The notes: a model not told the origin generated them from the letters alone. Counted from the stretch's first letter, positions 38,762 to 47,419 are shown. The stretch: DNA of 64,000 nucleotides from an uncultured Clostridia bacterium (GCA_947625195.1 CANQNK010000003.1:41890-105889); one strand, 5' to 3'. A program made the numbers and translations.

Positions 38762-38875
38762 ATAACCACCACCATAATATGTAAAATCAAATATCCCATT
38801 ATGTACATATTATAATTATAATACAATTATGATGAAATGTAAAGCAATTTTTAAACTTGGAAAGGTTGTTAAAAT

Positions 38876-39514
38876 ATGAAAGGATACAGAATTAAGTTTA
38901 TACGCAACGGAATAACCGAGGCGAATTTAAACGGCGTATATGTCGGAAAAACGGATATCGAGCTTTGCGCCAAGGGAGTGGACGAGCTTTATAACAAGAT
39001 CGCAGAGTATGAATACGGCAGCGTACAGAGGGTTTATACTTCTCCTTATAAAAGGTGCGTTCAGACAGCCGGCATACTTTTTCCCGAGACATACACCGTT
39101 TTGGCCGACGGACTCAGAGAGATGGATTTTGGCGATTTTGAAGGCAAAAAGGCAGAGGAAATAATGAACACCCCGGAGTATAAACGATTTTTAAAGGGCG
39201 GTCTTGACAATCCTCCCCCCAACGGGGAAAGTATGAGAGAGGTGGTTACCAGAAGCCTTGAGGCGCTGAACTTAATTGTGAGTGATATGATGAGCGAGGG
39301 ACTTACAAACTGTGCGGTGGTAACTCACGCAGGGATCATAATGAATATGATGTCCTGCTTCGGGCTGCCCAAGCTTGCTCCGATGGAGTTTCCCTGCGAT
39401 TTCGGCGAGGGCTACGAGGTGCTTATTACCGCTTCTATGTGGCAGCGTTCCGGATGCTTTGAGATAATGGGAAGATTTCCGTATTCCGACACAGAGGAAT
39501 ATGAGCGCGATTAA
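38876..39514 (+). CDS. Histidine phosphatase (phosphoglycerate mutase) superfamily protein with Asn in place of the nucleophilic His
   Basis: The N-terminal motif reads IRNGITEAN (codons cgc aac gga) where the family consensus is RHGxTxxN. The other family motifs are kept (SPYKRCVQTA, EMDFGDFEG, VVTHAG). Confidence 0.8.
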   Translation: MKGYRIKFIRNGITEANLNGVYVGKTDIELCAKGVDELYNKIAEYEYGSVQRVYTSPYKRCVQTAGILFPETYTVLADGLREMDFGDFEGKKAEEIMNTPEYKRFLKGGLDNPPPNGESMREVVTRSLEALNLIVSDMMSEGLTNCAVVTHAGIIMNMMSCFGLPKLAPMEFPCDFGEGYEVLITASMWQRSGCFEIMGRFPYSDTEEYERD

Positions 39515-39678
39515 GCTTGTGGTATAAGCTTTCTTAAAAGTTTGAAATCAGAGTGTCTGAAACACAGGTCAAGAGGAATTTTAAGATGGCATAAATTGCA
39601 AACGATAAGTAAAATTAACTATTTACATTTCCTTTAACTTATGGTAAAATATATAAAAATATAAAAGGGGAGATCTAT

Positions 39679-40563
39679 ATGTCAAAAATTTGTCCGAACT
39701 GTCAGGCTGCAATAAGCGACGACGATAAGTTCTGCGCTGCCTGCGGAGCAGAAATTGAAGCTGCGTCTGAGCCTGTTGTTCAAGCTGAGGCTGAGCCTGA
39801 GACAGAAGAGGCGGCAGTACCGACCGGCGAAGCAGTACCGACCGCATCCGAGGCTGAGGTACCTGATCAGCAGCCTTCAATGGCCGAGCCTTTATCGGCA
39901 GAACAAAATCAGGAAGTATCGCAGGGGGCCGTTCCTTACGGCGCTCAGACCGTTCCTGATATGCAGGGCCAAGCCGTTAAAAAGTCCGGCGGAAAGGGAC
40001 TGCTTATTGCAATAATAGTTATTATAATTGCGCTTTGCGTTGGTGCTGGATTTCTTTTGTACTTCATACTATTCTCCGGAGGCGGATATAAGTCCGCTTT
40101 AGAATCATATATTGAGTATATGGAGTCTTATGATCAGGATGATCTTGTAAAGGCAATTGGTAATGATGCGCTTGTCTACTATGTTGAGGAAGAATACGAA
40201 AGCGATATGGAAACATTCAACAAGGGTTGCGACCTTATGGAGAATATGAACGATATTGTTGATGTTGATGTAGACTACAGGATCACCGATTCCACAGAAA
40301 TGTCGTCAGACGAGCTTAAGGATTATGAAGCAGGCGACTATAAGGTAACCGAGGGCTATATGGTTGATGTCGAAATCGCAATGAACGGAGACGGAATTAT
40401 GTCCGGACTTAGCGGCCAGAATAATACCGAGACTCTGACGGTTATTAAGTTCGGAAGCGACTGGTGTGTTGTTGAGGCTGCCGAGACGGTGGAAAGCATT
40501 ATACAGGCAGGAGAGGGAGCAAACGCTTTGTCGGGTATTGATTTTGACGAACTGGACTTTTAG
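39679..40563 (+). CDS. Zinc-ribbon membrane protein (zinc ribbon, acidic/Pro-rich linker, TM helix, ectodomain of about 170 aa)
   Basis: The N-terminus reads MSKICPNCQAAISDDDKFCAACG, and the TM helix is LLIAIIVIIIALCVGAGFLLYFILF. The architecture matches the 4333-5082 product. Confidence 0.6.
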   Translation: MSKICPNCQAAISDDDKFCAACGAEIEAASEPVVQAEAEPETEEAAVPTGEAVPTASEAEVPDQQPSMAEPLSAEQNQEVSQGAVPYGAQTVPDMQGQAVKKSGGKGLLIAIIVIIIALCVGAGFLLYFILFSGGGYKSALESYIEYMESYDQDDLVKAIGNDALVYYVEEEYESDMETFNKGCDLMENMNDIVDVDVDYRITDSTEMSSDELKDYEAGDYKVTEGYMVDVEIAMNGDGIMSGLSGQNNTETLTVIKFGSDWCVVEAAETVESIIQAGEGANALSGIDFDELDF

Positions 40564-40590
40564 AGGAGCAGCCGGAATATACAATCACGG

Positions 40591-40617
40591 GCGGCAGGTA
40601 TCTGCCGCTTTTTCTTT
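40591..40617 (+). terminator. Intrinsic terminator after the zinc-ribbon gene
   Basis: GCGGCAG (40591-40597) pairs with CTGCCGC (40602-40608), followed by TTTTTCTTT. Confidence 0.85.
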
Positions 40618-40677
40618 ACTTTTATAAAAAAATATGGTAAAATAATATTCAGAAGGACTTGAAAAGGAGCTGTTTTT

Positions 40678-41145
40678 ATGAACACGTACAGAATAAAGAT
40701 CTTCAACAGGGAGCTTAATATAATTACCGACCAGACGCTTGAATACACGCAGAAGCTGGCTGATACACTTAACGAAAGGCTTTCAGAAATCATATCCGGA
40801 GTGGGAAATCTTACGCTTAATGACGCAGCCGTGCTGGTTTCGCTGGATTGTCTTGACAAGGCGGTAAAAAGTGAGGAGAGCGCTCAGAACATCAGGCAGC
40901 AGATAAAGGAATACGCCGATGACGCTTCAAAGGCAAGACAGCAGGCGCTTGACAGAGAACACGAGATAGAAAAGCTGAAATCAAGGATAAAAGAACTTGA
41001 GGATAAGCTGAGCAATCATTTTGAACAGACTGCTAAGAAGTCGGCTTCGGGGACGGTTTTTGTTCCTAAATACAGAGAGGAGCCAAAGCAGAATCCTAAC
41101 AATCAGCGGCCCGCAAACGAGCAGACTTCGTTTTTTAAAAAATAA
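40678..41145 (+). CDS. zapA: Cell division protein ZapA
   Basis: A ZapA-like N-terminal domain (YRIKIFNRELNIITDQTLEYTQKLADTLNERL) is followed by a coiled-coil tail. Confidence 0.8.
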   Translation: MNTYRIKIFNRELNIITDQTLEYTQKLADTLNERLSEIISGVGNLTLNDAAVLVSLDCLDKAVKSEESAQNIRQQIKEYADDASKARQQALDREHEIEKLKSRIKELEDKLSNHFEQTAKKSASGTVFVPKYREEPKQNPNNQRPANEQTSFFKK

Positions 41146-43190
41146 TGGGCGAGGTGCTTTCTCCCGCAGGAAGTATGGAGGCGCTTTATGCAGCGCTTGA
41201 GAGCGGCGCTGACGCAGTTTACTTCGGCTCAAAACGGTTTTCGGCAAGGCAGAACGCTCAGAACTTTGACGAGCAGCAGATAAAAAAAGCGGTTTTTGAA
41301 TGTCACAAAAGAGGCGTAAAGATTTATCAGGCGATAAACACCGTTTACTTTGACGACGAGAAAGGTGCACTTTTAAAGGAGCTTGAGCGGGCAGCGCAAA
41401 ACGGTATAGACGCTATTATCGTTCAGGATTTGGGTGCTGCCAAAACTGCTCTTGAGTGTATTCCCGAAATGCCGCTGCACGCCTCTACGCAGATGACTAT
41501 ACACACGGCGGCAGGCGCGATCGCTTTGAAGAAAATGGGATTTAAGCGTGTGGTGGTATCAAGAGAATGCCCGCTGGAAACGATAAGGGAGATCGCGGAT
41601 ACAGGGGTGGAAACAGAGGTTTTTGTACATGGCGCGCTTTGTATGTCGGTATCGGGTCAGTGCTATCTTTCCGCTATGCTGGGCTCGCGCAGTGCAAACA
41701 GAGGGCTTTGCGCGGGAGCGTGCAGGCTGCCTTTTTCGGCTTGTGACAAAAAGCCGGAGCAGTATGCGCTTTCTTTAAAAGACCTGTGTGCGTACGAGTC
41801 TTTAAAAGAGCTTGAAAGGGCCGGCGTTTGCTCATTTAAAATAGAAGGTCGTATGAAACGGCCGGAATATGTTGCCGCAGCAACTAAAGAGTGCGTATCT
41901 GCTCTTAAAAACGGCAGGTTCGATACCGGGCTTTTAAAAAAAGTGTTTTCAAGAAGCGGTTTTACAAACGGGTATATAAACGGCACATTAGGCTCTGATA
42001 TGTTCGGTTATAGAAGCAAAGAGGACGCAGATGCCTCAAAAGAGACGTTTGCACAAATAAGAGAAGGGTATTCCACTGTATATAAGCGTACCGAGGTCAC
42101 TTTTGACGCTGTGATAAGACGCGGTGAAAAAATATCTCTTAAAATTAAAGACAGCGACGGCTGCGAGGCAACTGTTTTCTCAGACTCGCCAGACTTTGCC
42201 ACAAACCGAGCTACCGAAAGTGATATAATTGTAAGACAGCTTAAAAAGCTGGGGGATACGATTTATAGCTTCAAGAATGCTTCGGTAAAGCTTGACAGCG
42301 GTGTTTTTGTAAGCGCTTCTGAAATAAACGCCTTGAGAAGAAAGGCGGCAGAAGAGCTTGACCGTGAGAGATATCTAAAAAACACCAGTGTGAAAAAGTT
42401 TTTGCCAAGCAAAGCTTTCTTTAAGACAAAAACATCTTTTAGCAGGCCCGAAAAGGCCTTACTCAGAATAAGAGCAAACAAAGCAAGCCAGCTTAAAAAT
42501 ATTGACATAAGTTTAGTTGAGCTTATTTCATTGCCGTTTTCCGAAATCCGGAAAACCGATATTGACAAAACCAAACTCTGCCTTGCGCTTGACAGGTTTA
42601 TGACGGATGAAAAAAGGTGCTGGGAAGAAATAAGTATTGCCCATAAGGCGGGAATAACTCACTTTCTGGCGCAGAACATCTCGCATTTTGAGCTTTTAAG
42701 CAGTCTGTCCGATATAAGTGTTCATGCCGGGTTCTCTATGAATATTACCAATTCTGACGCACTTGAGGCTGTAAGAGATCTGGGCGCGTTGGATACAGAA
42801 CTCTCGTTTGAATTAACGGGTGCTGAGGCGCAGAAACTGAATGCGGTTATTAAAACGGGGATTTTGGTATACGGACGTCTTCCGCTTATGCTGACAAGAA
42901 ACTGCCCTATAAAATCAAGCGTTGGCTGCAAGGGGTGCAGAGGCTTTATTACAGACAGAATGAGAAAAAGATTTTTTGTAAGCTGCCACAAGGATAAGGG
43001 GTATTTTGAGCTTTTAAACGGCGAGCCGCTTTATCTTTTTGATAAAAAGCGCATACCGGTATCGTTTGAGACAATAATGTTTACAACGGAAAGTGCCGAT
43101 GAAGCCGAAGAAATATTTTTATCATACAATAAAAATCTTCCACCTAAGGGTGAGTTTACGAGAGGGCTTTATTACAGAGGAGTAATTTGA
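41145..43190 (+). CDS. Peptidase U32 family protein (long form with a C-terminal extension)
   Basis: The N-terminus reads EVLSPAGSMEALYAALESGADAVYFG. The E..VHGALC motif region is present. The product is 681 aa. The start overlaps the zapA stop (TAATG). Confidence 0.9.
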   Translation: MGEVLSPAGSMEALYAALESGADAVYFGSKRFSARQNAQNFDEQQIKKAVFECHKRGVKIYQAINTVYFDDEKGALLKELERAAQNGIDAIIVQDLGAAKTALECIPEMPLHASTQMTIHTAAGAIALKKMGFKRVVVSRECPLETIREIADTGVETEVFVHGALCMSVSGQCYLSAMLGSRSANRGLCAGACRLPFSACDKKPEQYALSLKDLCAYESLKELERAGVCSFKIEGRMKRPEYVAAATKECVSALKNGRFDTGLLKKVFSRSGFTNGYINGTLGSDMFGYRSKEDADASKETFAQIREGYSTVYKRTEVTFDAVIRRGEKISLKIKDSDGCEATVFSDSPDFATNRATESDIIVRQLKKLGDTIYSFKNASVKLDSGVFVSASEINALRRKAAEELDRERYLKNTSVKKFLPSKAFFKTKTSFSRPEKALLRIRANKASQLKNIDISLVELISLPFSEIRKTDIDKTKLCLALDRFMTDEKRCWEEISIAHKAGITHFLAQNISHFELLSSLSDISVHAGFSMNITNSDALEAVRDLGALDTELSFELTGAEAQKLNAVIKTGILVYGRLPLMLTRNCPIKSSVGCKGCRGFITDRMRKRFFVSCHKDKGYFELLNGEPLYLFDKKRIPVSFETIMFTTESADEAEEIFLSYNKNLPPKGEFTRGLYYRGVI

Positions 43191-43338
43191 TTTTGTGATC
43201 AGTATTTGTTTTCGGTGAAAGGAACGATAAAGCGTGAAAGATTGTATTTTGCTTTGCAAGCTGCAATGAGTTTTTATTTACAGAACATGAAGCGTTAGAA
43301 AGCGGACGGTTAAAATAAATTATGAAAGGAAGATATGT

Positions 43339-43764
43339 ATGAAGATTATGTTTAAAAAAGTTGCCGAGACGGCTAAAACTCCGGTACTCTCAAAAAGCAA
43401 AACTCCGGCGTTTTTGCTTTTCGCACACCTTGAGGAGGACCGGGTGCTGTTTCCGGGAGACATAAAAATAATAAGAACCGGAGTTATATTTTCTATGGAA
43501 GAAAGAGAAATGCCGGATCTGGCGGCGCTTGTAATGCCCTCTGACGAAATGGTGAAGGAAAAGGGTATTTACCTTGCGAACGGAGTGGCCGTGATTGCCG
43601 GCGACTTTAAAGGAGAAGTAGCGGTAGCGGTTATAAACAGCTCGAAGGTTATGAGGACGATATCAGACGGAGACCAGATAGCAAAGCTTGTAGTTACAAG
43701 GATTCAGGTACCGGGTATTTCATCTGAAAACATAACGCAGGAAAATTCAAAAATTCAGTCGTAA
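43339..43764 (+). CDS. dUTPase-fold protein with degenerate catalytic motifs
   Basis: The size (141 aa) and the spacing of motifs resemble trimeric dUTPases. Motif 3 reads AVIAGDFKGE where the consensus is GVID-x-DYRG. Motif 2 reads MPSDE where the consensus is PRSS/G. There is no C-terminal Gly-rich motif 5. Confidence 0.5.
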   Translation: MKIMFKKVAETAKTPVLSKSKTPAFLLFAHLEEDRVLFPGDIKIIRTGVIFSMEEREMPDLAALVMPSDEMVKEKGIYLANGVAVIAGDFKGEVAVAVINSSKVMRTISDGDQIAKLVVTRIQVPGISSENITQENSKIQS

Positions 43765-43803
43765 ATTTTTGCAATACGCCCAGCGGAAAGGAGGAGCGCA
43801 CAA

Positions 43804-44256
43804 ATGAGAATATATAAAATGAATAAATCTGCAAAAAATTTTCTAAGAATAGTTATGATTGTGATCGCTCTTACCGTTACGTATTTTTGTTTTTCGTACC
43901 TGTCGGGATATCCGATAATAATGTGGCTTGTGATAGGATTGTTTTGGGGAGCTATGATAGTTTACGGATTTATTTTTCTTCCTATATACTTTAAGTCCTC
44001 AAGGTATATGATAGGGGAAAAGGAAATCAAAAAGCAGGCGGGAATGCTGTTTTTTACAAAGCAGTATATCAAGCTTGAATCTATTCAGTATGTTTCTTCG
44101 GTAATATTTCCCCTTTCCCAGTTTACGGGGCTTAACTTTGTAACCATTAACGCTTTCGGCGGACGGGTGATTTTTATGTTTTTATCCCGCAACGACGCTT
44201 TGGAGATAATCGAATGCCTTGAGGACTACATAAAGCGACGGGAACAGCAGAAATGA
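43804..44256 (+). CDS. YdbS-like membrane protein with a bacterial PH (bPH_2/DUF304) domain
   Basis: A 150-aa product with two N-terminal TM helices followed by a PH-like domain. It is paired with a YdbT-like gene, as in Bacillus subtilis ydbS-ydbT. Confidence 0.7.
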   Translation: MRIYKMNKSAKNFLRIVMIVIALTVTYFCFSYLSGYPIIMWLVIGLFWGAMIVYGFIFLPIYFKSSRYMIGEKEIKKQAGMLFFTKQYIKLESIQYVSSVIFPLSQFTGLNFVTINAFGGRVIFMFLSRNDALEIIECLEDYIKRREQQK

Positions 44257-44291
44257 TTATTTAAAGTTTTTTAGAAAGGAGAGGTAATTAA

Positions 44292-45764
44292 GTGGCCGAA
44301 AAAAGCTTGTTTTCTTATCTGTTTAAATACCGTCAGCACCCACTGACAATTTTTAACTATATTACAAGAGGCTTTTGGCTGCTTCTGATCCCTCTCACAA
44401 GAAGCCTGATTGCCACAAGGTTCAATATAGCACAGTGGCTTCGCGGAGCTTGGCTGGACATTTTAATAGTATCTCTTATTTTCGGCTTTGCTTTTTTAAG
44501 ATGGTTTTTTATTTCCTTTCACATTGAGGACGAATATATCCAGACCGCAACAGGCTATTTCGGGCTGTTAAGGTCTAAGATATACTACAATCAGGCTTCG
44601 TCTGTTACCTGCTCTCAGGGAGCGTTTCTTCGCCTTTTCAGAGCTTACAAAATAAACATAGATACAAACTCGAATGCAAGATTCTTTTCAAAGCACAACG
44701 TAACGCTTATCGTAAAAAAGAGCGAGTTTGACAAGCTCTATTCAATCATAAAGTCACACGGACAGGGGCTTGCAAGGTTTTCATATCAGCCGAAAAAAAC
44801 ACAGCTTTTTATTTTCTCACTTTTGTTCTCCTCTACCATTTCAGGAGTGGTGCTTATTGCTACTATTCTATATCAGGGCGCAAGAATAATCGGAAGAGAA
44901 ATAGAGCAGCAATTACTCCTTGATATAAACAAGCAGGTTTCAGATTTCCTTACCGTAAATCTTCCGCCGATAACGGTGGCTATCGTGCTTGTGATAGTGG
45001 TTGGCTGGCTATATTCGTTTCTTGTAAACCTTATACGCCACTGGGATTTTACTGCGGTAAGACAGGGCTCAAACATTATAATCCAGTCGGGGATAATCAC
45101 ACGGCGAATAAACATCGTTGACATAAACAGAATAAATTTTATTGATATACGCCAGAGCTTTCTTATGAGGATTTTTAAAATATGCTCTGTAAACATAAGC
45201 TGTGCCGGTTACGGAAAAAGCAACCGGCAGATATCGGTACTTGTTCCGATTACTACCAATGAGGAAATGCTGATGTCCTTAAAAGTGCTCATACCGAAAT
45301 TCCCGAGGCCGACGCTTACGCTGAGGAGCAGGCTTAGCTATATACTTTCGTTTTTGCTTACTCCGACGCTTGTGGTTGCTGCCATTCCCGTGGCCGCATA
45401 TGTAATATCCTGGATATTTCCGGAATGGGAATCTGTGACAATGTTCTTGATGGTTATGTTTTTCATTCCGGGTTTTTGGTTTATAGTTGTGAAGTTTGCC
45501 GCGGTTTTCACGACAGGAATCGGTTTTTACAACGGCTACGCAACGCTGAGCTATTGCCGTTTTTACAGCTTTCACACGGTGGTAGTTCCCATAAAGCGTA
45601 TTTGTATTGCTACTACCAAGCAGACGGTTGCGCAGTATTTTAACAAGCAGTGTGACTTGAAAATCTACACAAATTCCGAAAAGACCTCTTATCACAAGGT
45701 GAAAAACTTTCCGCTTAAAAACGTGTTGGAGGAGTTTGCATCTCACGGATTTGATCTGAGTTGA
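44292..45764 (+). CDS. YdbT-like membrane protein with repeated bacterial PH domains
   Basis: GTG start after AAGGAGAGG. The 490-aa product alternates TM hairpins with PH-like modules. Confidence 0.7.
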   Translation: MAEKSLFSYLFKYRQHPLTIFNYITRGFWLLLIPLTRSLIATRFNIAQWLRGAWLDILIVSLIFGFAFLRWFFISFHIEDEYIQTATGYFGLLRSKIYYNQASSVTCSQGAFLRLFRAYKINIDTNSNARFFSKHNVTLIVKKSEFDKLYSIIKSHGQGLARFSYQPKKTQLFIFSLLFSSTISGVVLIATILYQGARIIGREIEQQLLLDINKQVSDFLTVNLPPITVAIVLVIVVGWLYSFLVNLIRHWDFTAVRQGSNIIIQSGIITRRINIVDINRINFIDIRQSFLMRIFKICSVNISCAGYGKSNRQISVLVPITTNEEMLMSLKVLIPKFPRPTLTLRSRLSYILSFLLTPTLVVAAIPVAAYVISWIFPEWESVTMFLMVMFFIPGFWFIVVKFAAVFTTGIGFYNGYATLSYCRFYSFHTVVVPIKRICIATTKQTVAQYFNKQCDLKIYTNSEKTSYHKVKNFPLKNVLEEFASHGFDLS

Positions 45765-45837
45765 TTTATTAGTAAGCCTTGATATGCTTTGGCAACACCA
45801 TTATTTCAAAAAACCTGTTTATAAAGATAAAAACCTC

Positions 45838-45866
45838 TTGACAAAAGGACAAAAGTATTATATAAT
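45838..45866 (+). promoter_or_regulatory. Perfect-consensus sigma-A promoter of the tRNA pair
   Basis: TTGACA (45838-45843), a 17-nt spacer, then TATAAT (45861-45866). Confidence 0.7.
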
Positions 45867-45886
45867 AACCTAGTCGCTTTAAAAAC

Positions 45887-45963
45887 GGCTGTATAGCTCA
45901 GTTGGCTAGAGCATTCGGTTCATACCCGGAGTGTCACTGGTTCAAATCCAGTTACAGCCACCA
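45887..45963 (+). tRNA. tRNA-Met (anticodon CAT), elongator type, with an encoded CCA
   Basis: The cloverleaf was checked by hand. The acceptor stem is GGCTGTA/TACAGCC, the D stem is GCTC/GAGC, the anticodon loop is TTCATAC and the T stem is ACTGG/CCAGT. It lacks initiator features. A lysidine-modified Ile2 identity cannot be excluded from sequence alone. Confidence 0.88.
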
Positions 45964-45966
45964 TAT

Positions 45967-46041
45967 GGCCCGTTGGTCAAGAGGTTAAGACACCGCCCTT
46001 TCACGGCGGAATCATGGGTTCAATTCCCGTACGGGTCACCA
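45967..46041 (+). tRNA. tRNA-Glu (anticodon TTC), with an encoded CCA
   Basis: The acceptor stem is GGCCCGT/ACGGGTC. The anticodon stem-loop is CCGCC-CTTTCAC-GGCGG. The sequence is close to Bacillus-type tRNA-Glu. Confidence 0.93.
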
Positions 46042-46052
46042 AATATTTATGC

Positions 46053-46082
46053 AAAAGTCTCAATTTATTGAGGCTTTTTTGT
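46053..46082. terminator. Terminator between the tRNA pair and the convergent FAD/Rieske gene
   Basis: AAAAGTCTCAA pairs with TTGAGGCTTTT (one G-U pair), followed by TTTTTTG. Confidence 0.7.
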
Positions 46083-46105
46083 TTTGTCAAAAAAACAATG
46101 TTTTA

Positions 46106-47419
46106 TTAACGCGCGGATTCTTTATTTTTTAAATCTCCGTTAGCAGGGTTGTCTATGACGTGACCTTTCTCATCAAAGCGTGAGCCGTGGCAGGGGCAGT
46201 CCCAGGAGCGCTCGGCGCTGTTCCATTTTAAAGCACAGCCCATATGCGGACATCTTTTTTTAGAGAATGTCAAAATATTTGTCACCGCTTCATAGCCGTT
46301 AATAAAAAGCTGAGGCTTTAAAATACTTCTGGACGGGTCAAAGGCGTCCTCGTATTCGCTGTGCCCGTGTAAAAGCATGTCGCTTAGTATCATCGCTGCG
46401 GTCATAGAACTTGTCATACCCCACTTGTTAAATCCGCTCGCTACATATAAATTATGCGTTTTCTTTGAGTAACGTCCTATATAAGGGATACCGTCAAGGC
46501 TCATACAGTCCTGTGCCGCCCAGAAGTATTTCTCTTTGGAGTTCGGATACTTTTGTTTTGCAAAATTTCTGAGCGTGCTCCACGCTCCGGTTTGTTTGCC
46601 CGTGCGGTGTCCCGAGCCGCCCAGCAGAAGAAGTCCGCCGTAGTTTCTGAAAGACAGACCGGTTTTTTGCTCGTCAACATACATTCCGTTTACGTCCTGT
46701 GCATTTTCAAGGGCAATAACGTACGAGCGGTGCTGATAGAGCTTTAAAAAATAGCTTCCGTGCTTGGTTATAAAGGGAAAATGAGTTGTAACGACAACTC
46801 GCTTTGCGGTGATTTTTCCATAGTCGGTCACAGCGGTGTTTTTGATCATTTCCCTGACGAATGTGTTCTCGTAAATATTAAGTCCGCCTGAAATGCAGGA
46901 TACAAACTTAAGAGGATCAAACTGTGCCTGATCAGAAAACCTTACCGCGCCTGCCGTATCCATCGGTAAAGGGAGCTTTTTACACAGCGCGGCATGATAT
47001 CCTATCTTTTCAAGTGCTGATATTTCCTCCAGAAGCTTTTTTCTGTCGCTAAGGGAATAAACGTAATTATCCTTGATCTCATAGTCGCAGTCGATGTTTT
47101 TACAAAGCTCTTTAAACATATCAAAAGCGGCCATATTTGCCCTTAAATACATCTGAGCCGTTTGCGTGCCGTAGCTTTTTAGAATCTTGCTGTATATAAG
47201 TCCATGCTGATAGGTTATCTTTGCAGTCGTGTGACCGGTCACTCCCCTGCATATTCTGTCTTTTTCTACCAGCACGTAATCAATACCCTTTTTATGCAGC
47301 ATATACGCCGTTAATATCCCTGCAAGTCCGCCGCCGATTATAAGCACATCTGTTGATATATCTTTACTCAGCCTGTTAAATTCAGGCATATGTGAATCTA
47401 TCTCCCAAATCGGATCCAT
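46106..47419 (-). CDS. FAD-dependent oxidoreductase fused to a C-terminal Rieske [2Fe-2S] domain
   Basis: An N-terminal dinucleotide-binding motif (VLIIGGGLAGILTA) is combined with a C-terminal Rieske motif (CPHMGC...17 aa...CPCHGS). Confidence 0.8.
   Translation of the reverse strand: MDPIWEIDSHMPEFNRLSKDISTDVLIIGGGLAGILTAYMLHKKGIDYVLVEKDRICRGVTGHTTAKITYQHGLIYSKILKSYGTQTAQMYLRANMAAFDMFKELCKNIDCDYEIKDNYVYSLSDRKKLLEEISALEKIGYHAALCKKLPLPMDTAGAVRFSDQAQFDPLKFVSCISGGLNIYENTFVREMIKNTAVTDYGKITAKRVVVTTHFPFITKHGSYFLKLYQHRSYVIALENAQDVNGMYVDEQKTGLSFRNYGGLLLLGGSGHRTGKQTGAWSTLRNFAKQKYPNSKEKYFWAAQDCMSLDGIPYIGRYSKKTHNLYVASGFNKWGMTSSMTAAMILSDMLLHGHSEYEDAFDPSRSILKPQLFINGYEAVTNILTFSKKRCPHMGCALKWNSAERSWDCPCHGSRFDEKGHVIDNPANGDLKNKESAR

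Noticed and set aside
38765-38790. A dif-like sequence (ATAATATGTAAAAT resembles the XerD arm of the Bacillus dif site)
   Set aside because: Only the right arm and the spacer match. The left (XerC) arm matches at 2 of 14 positions.
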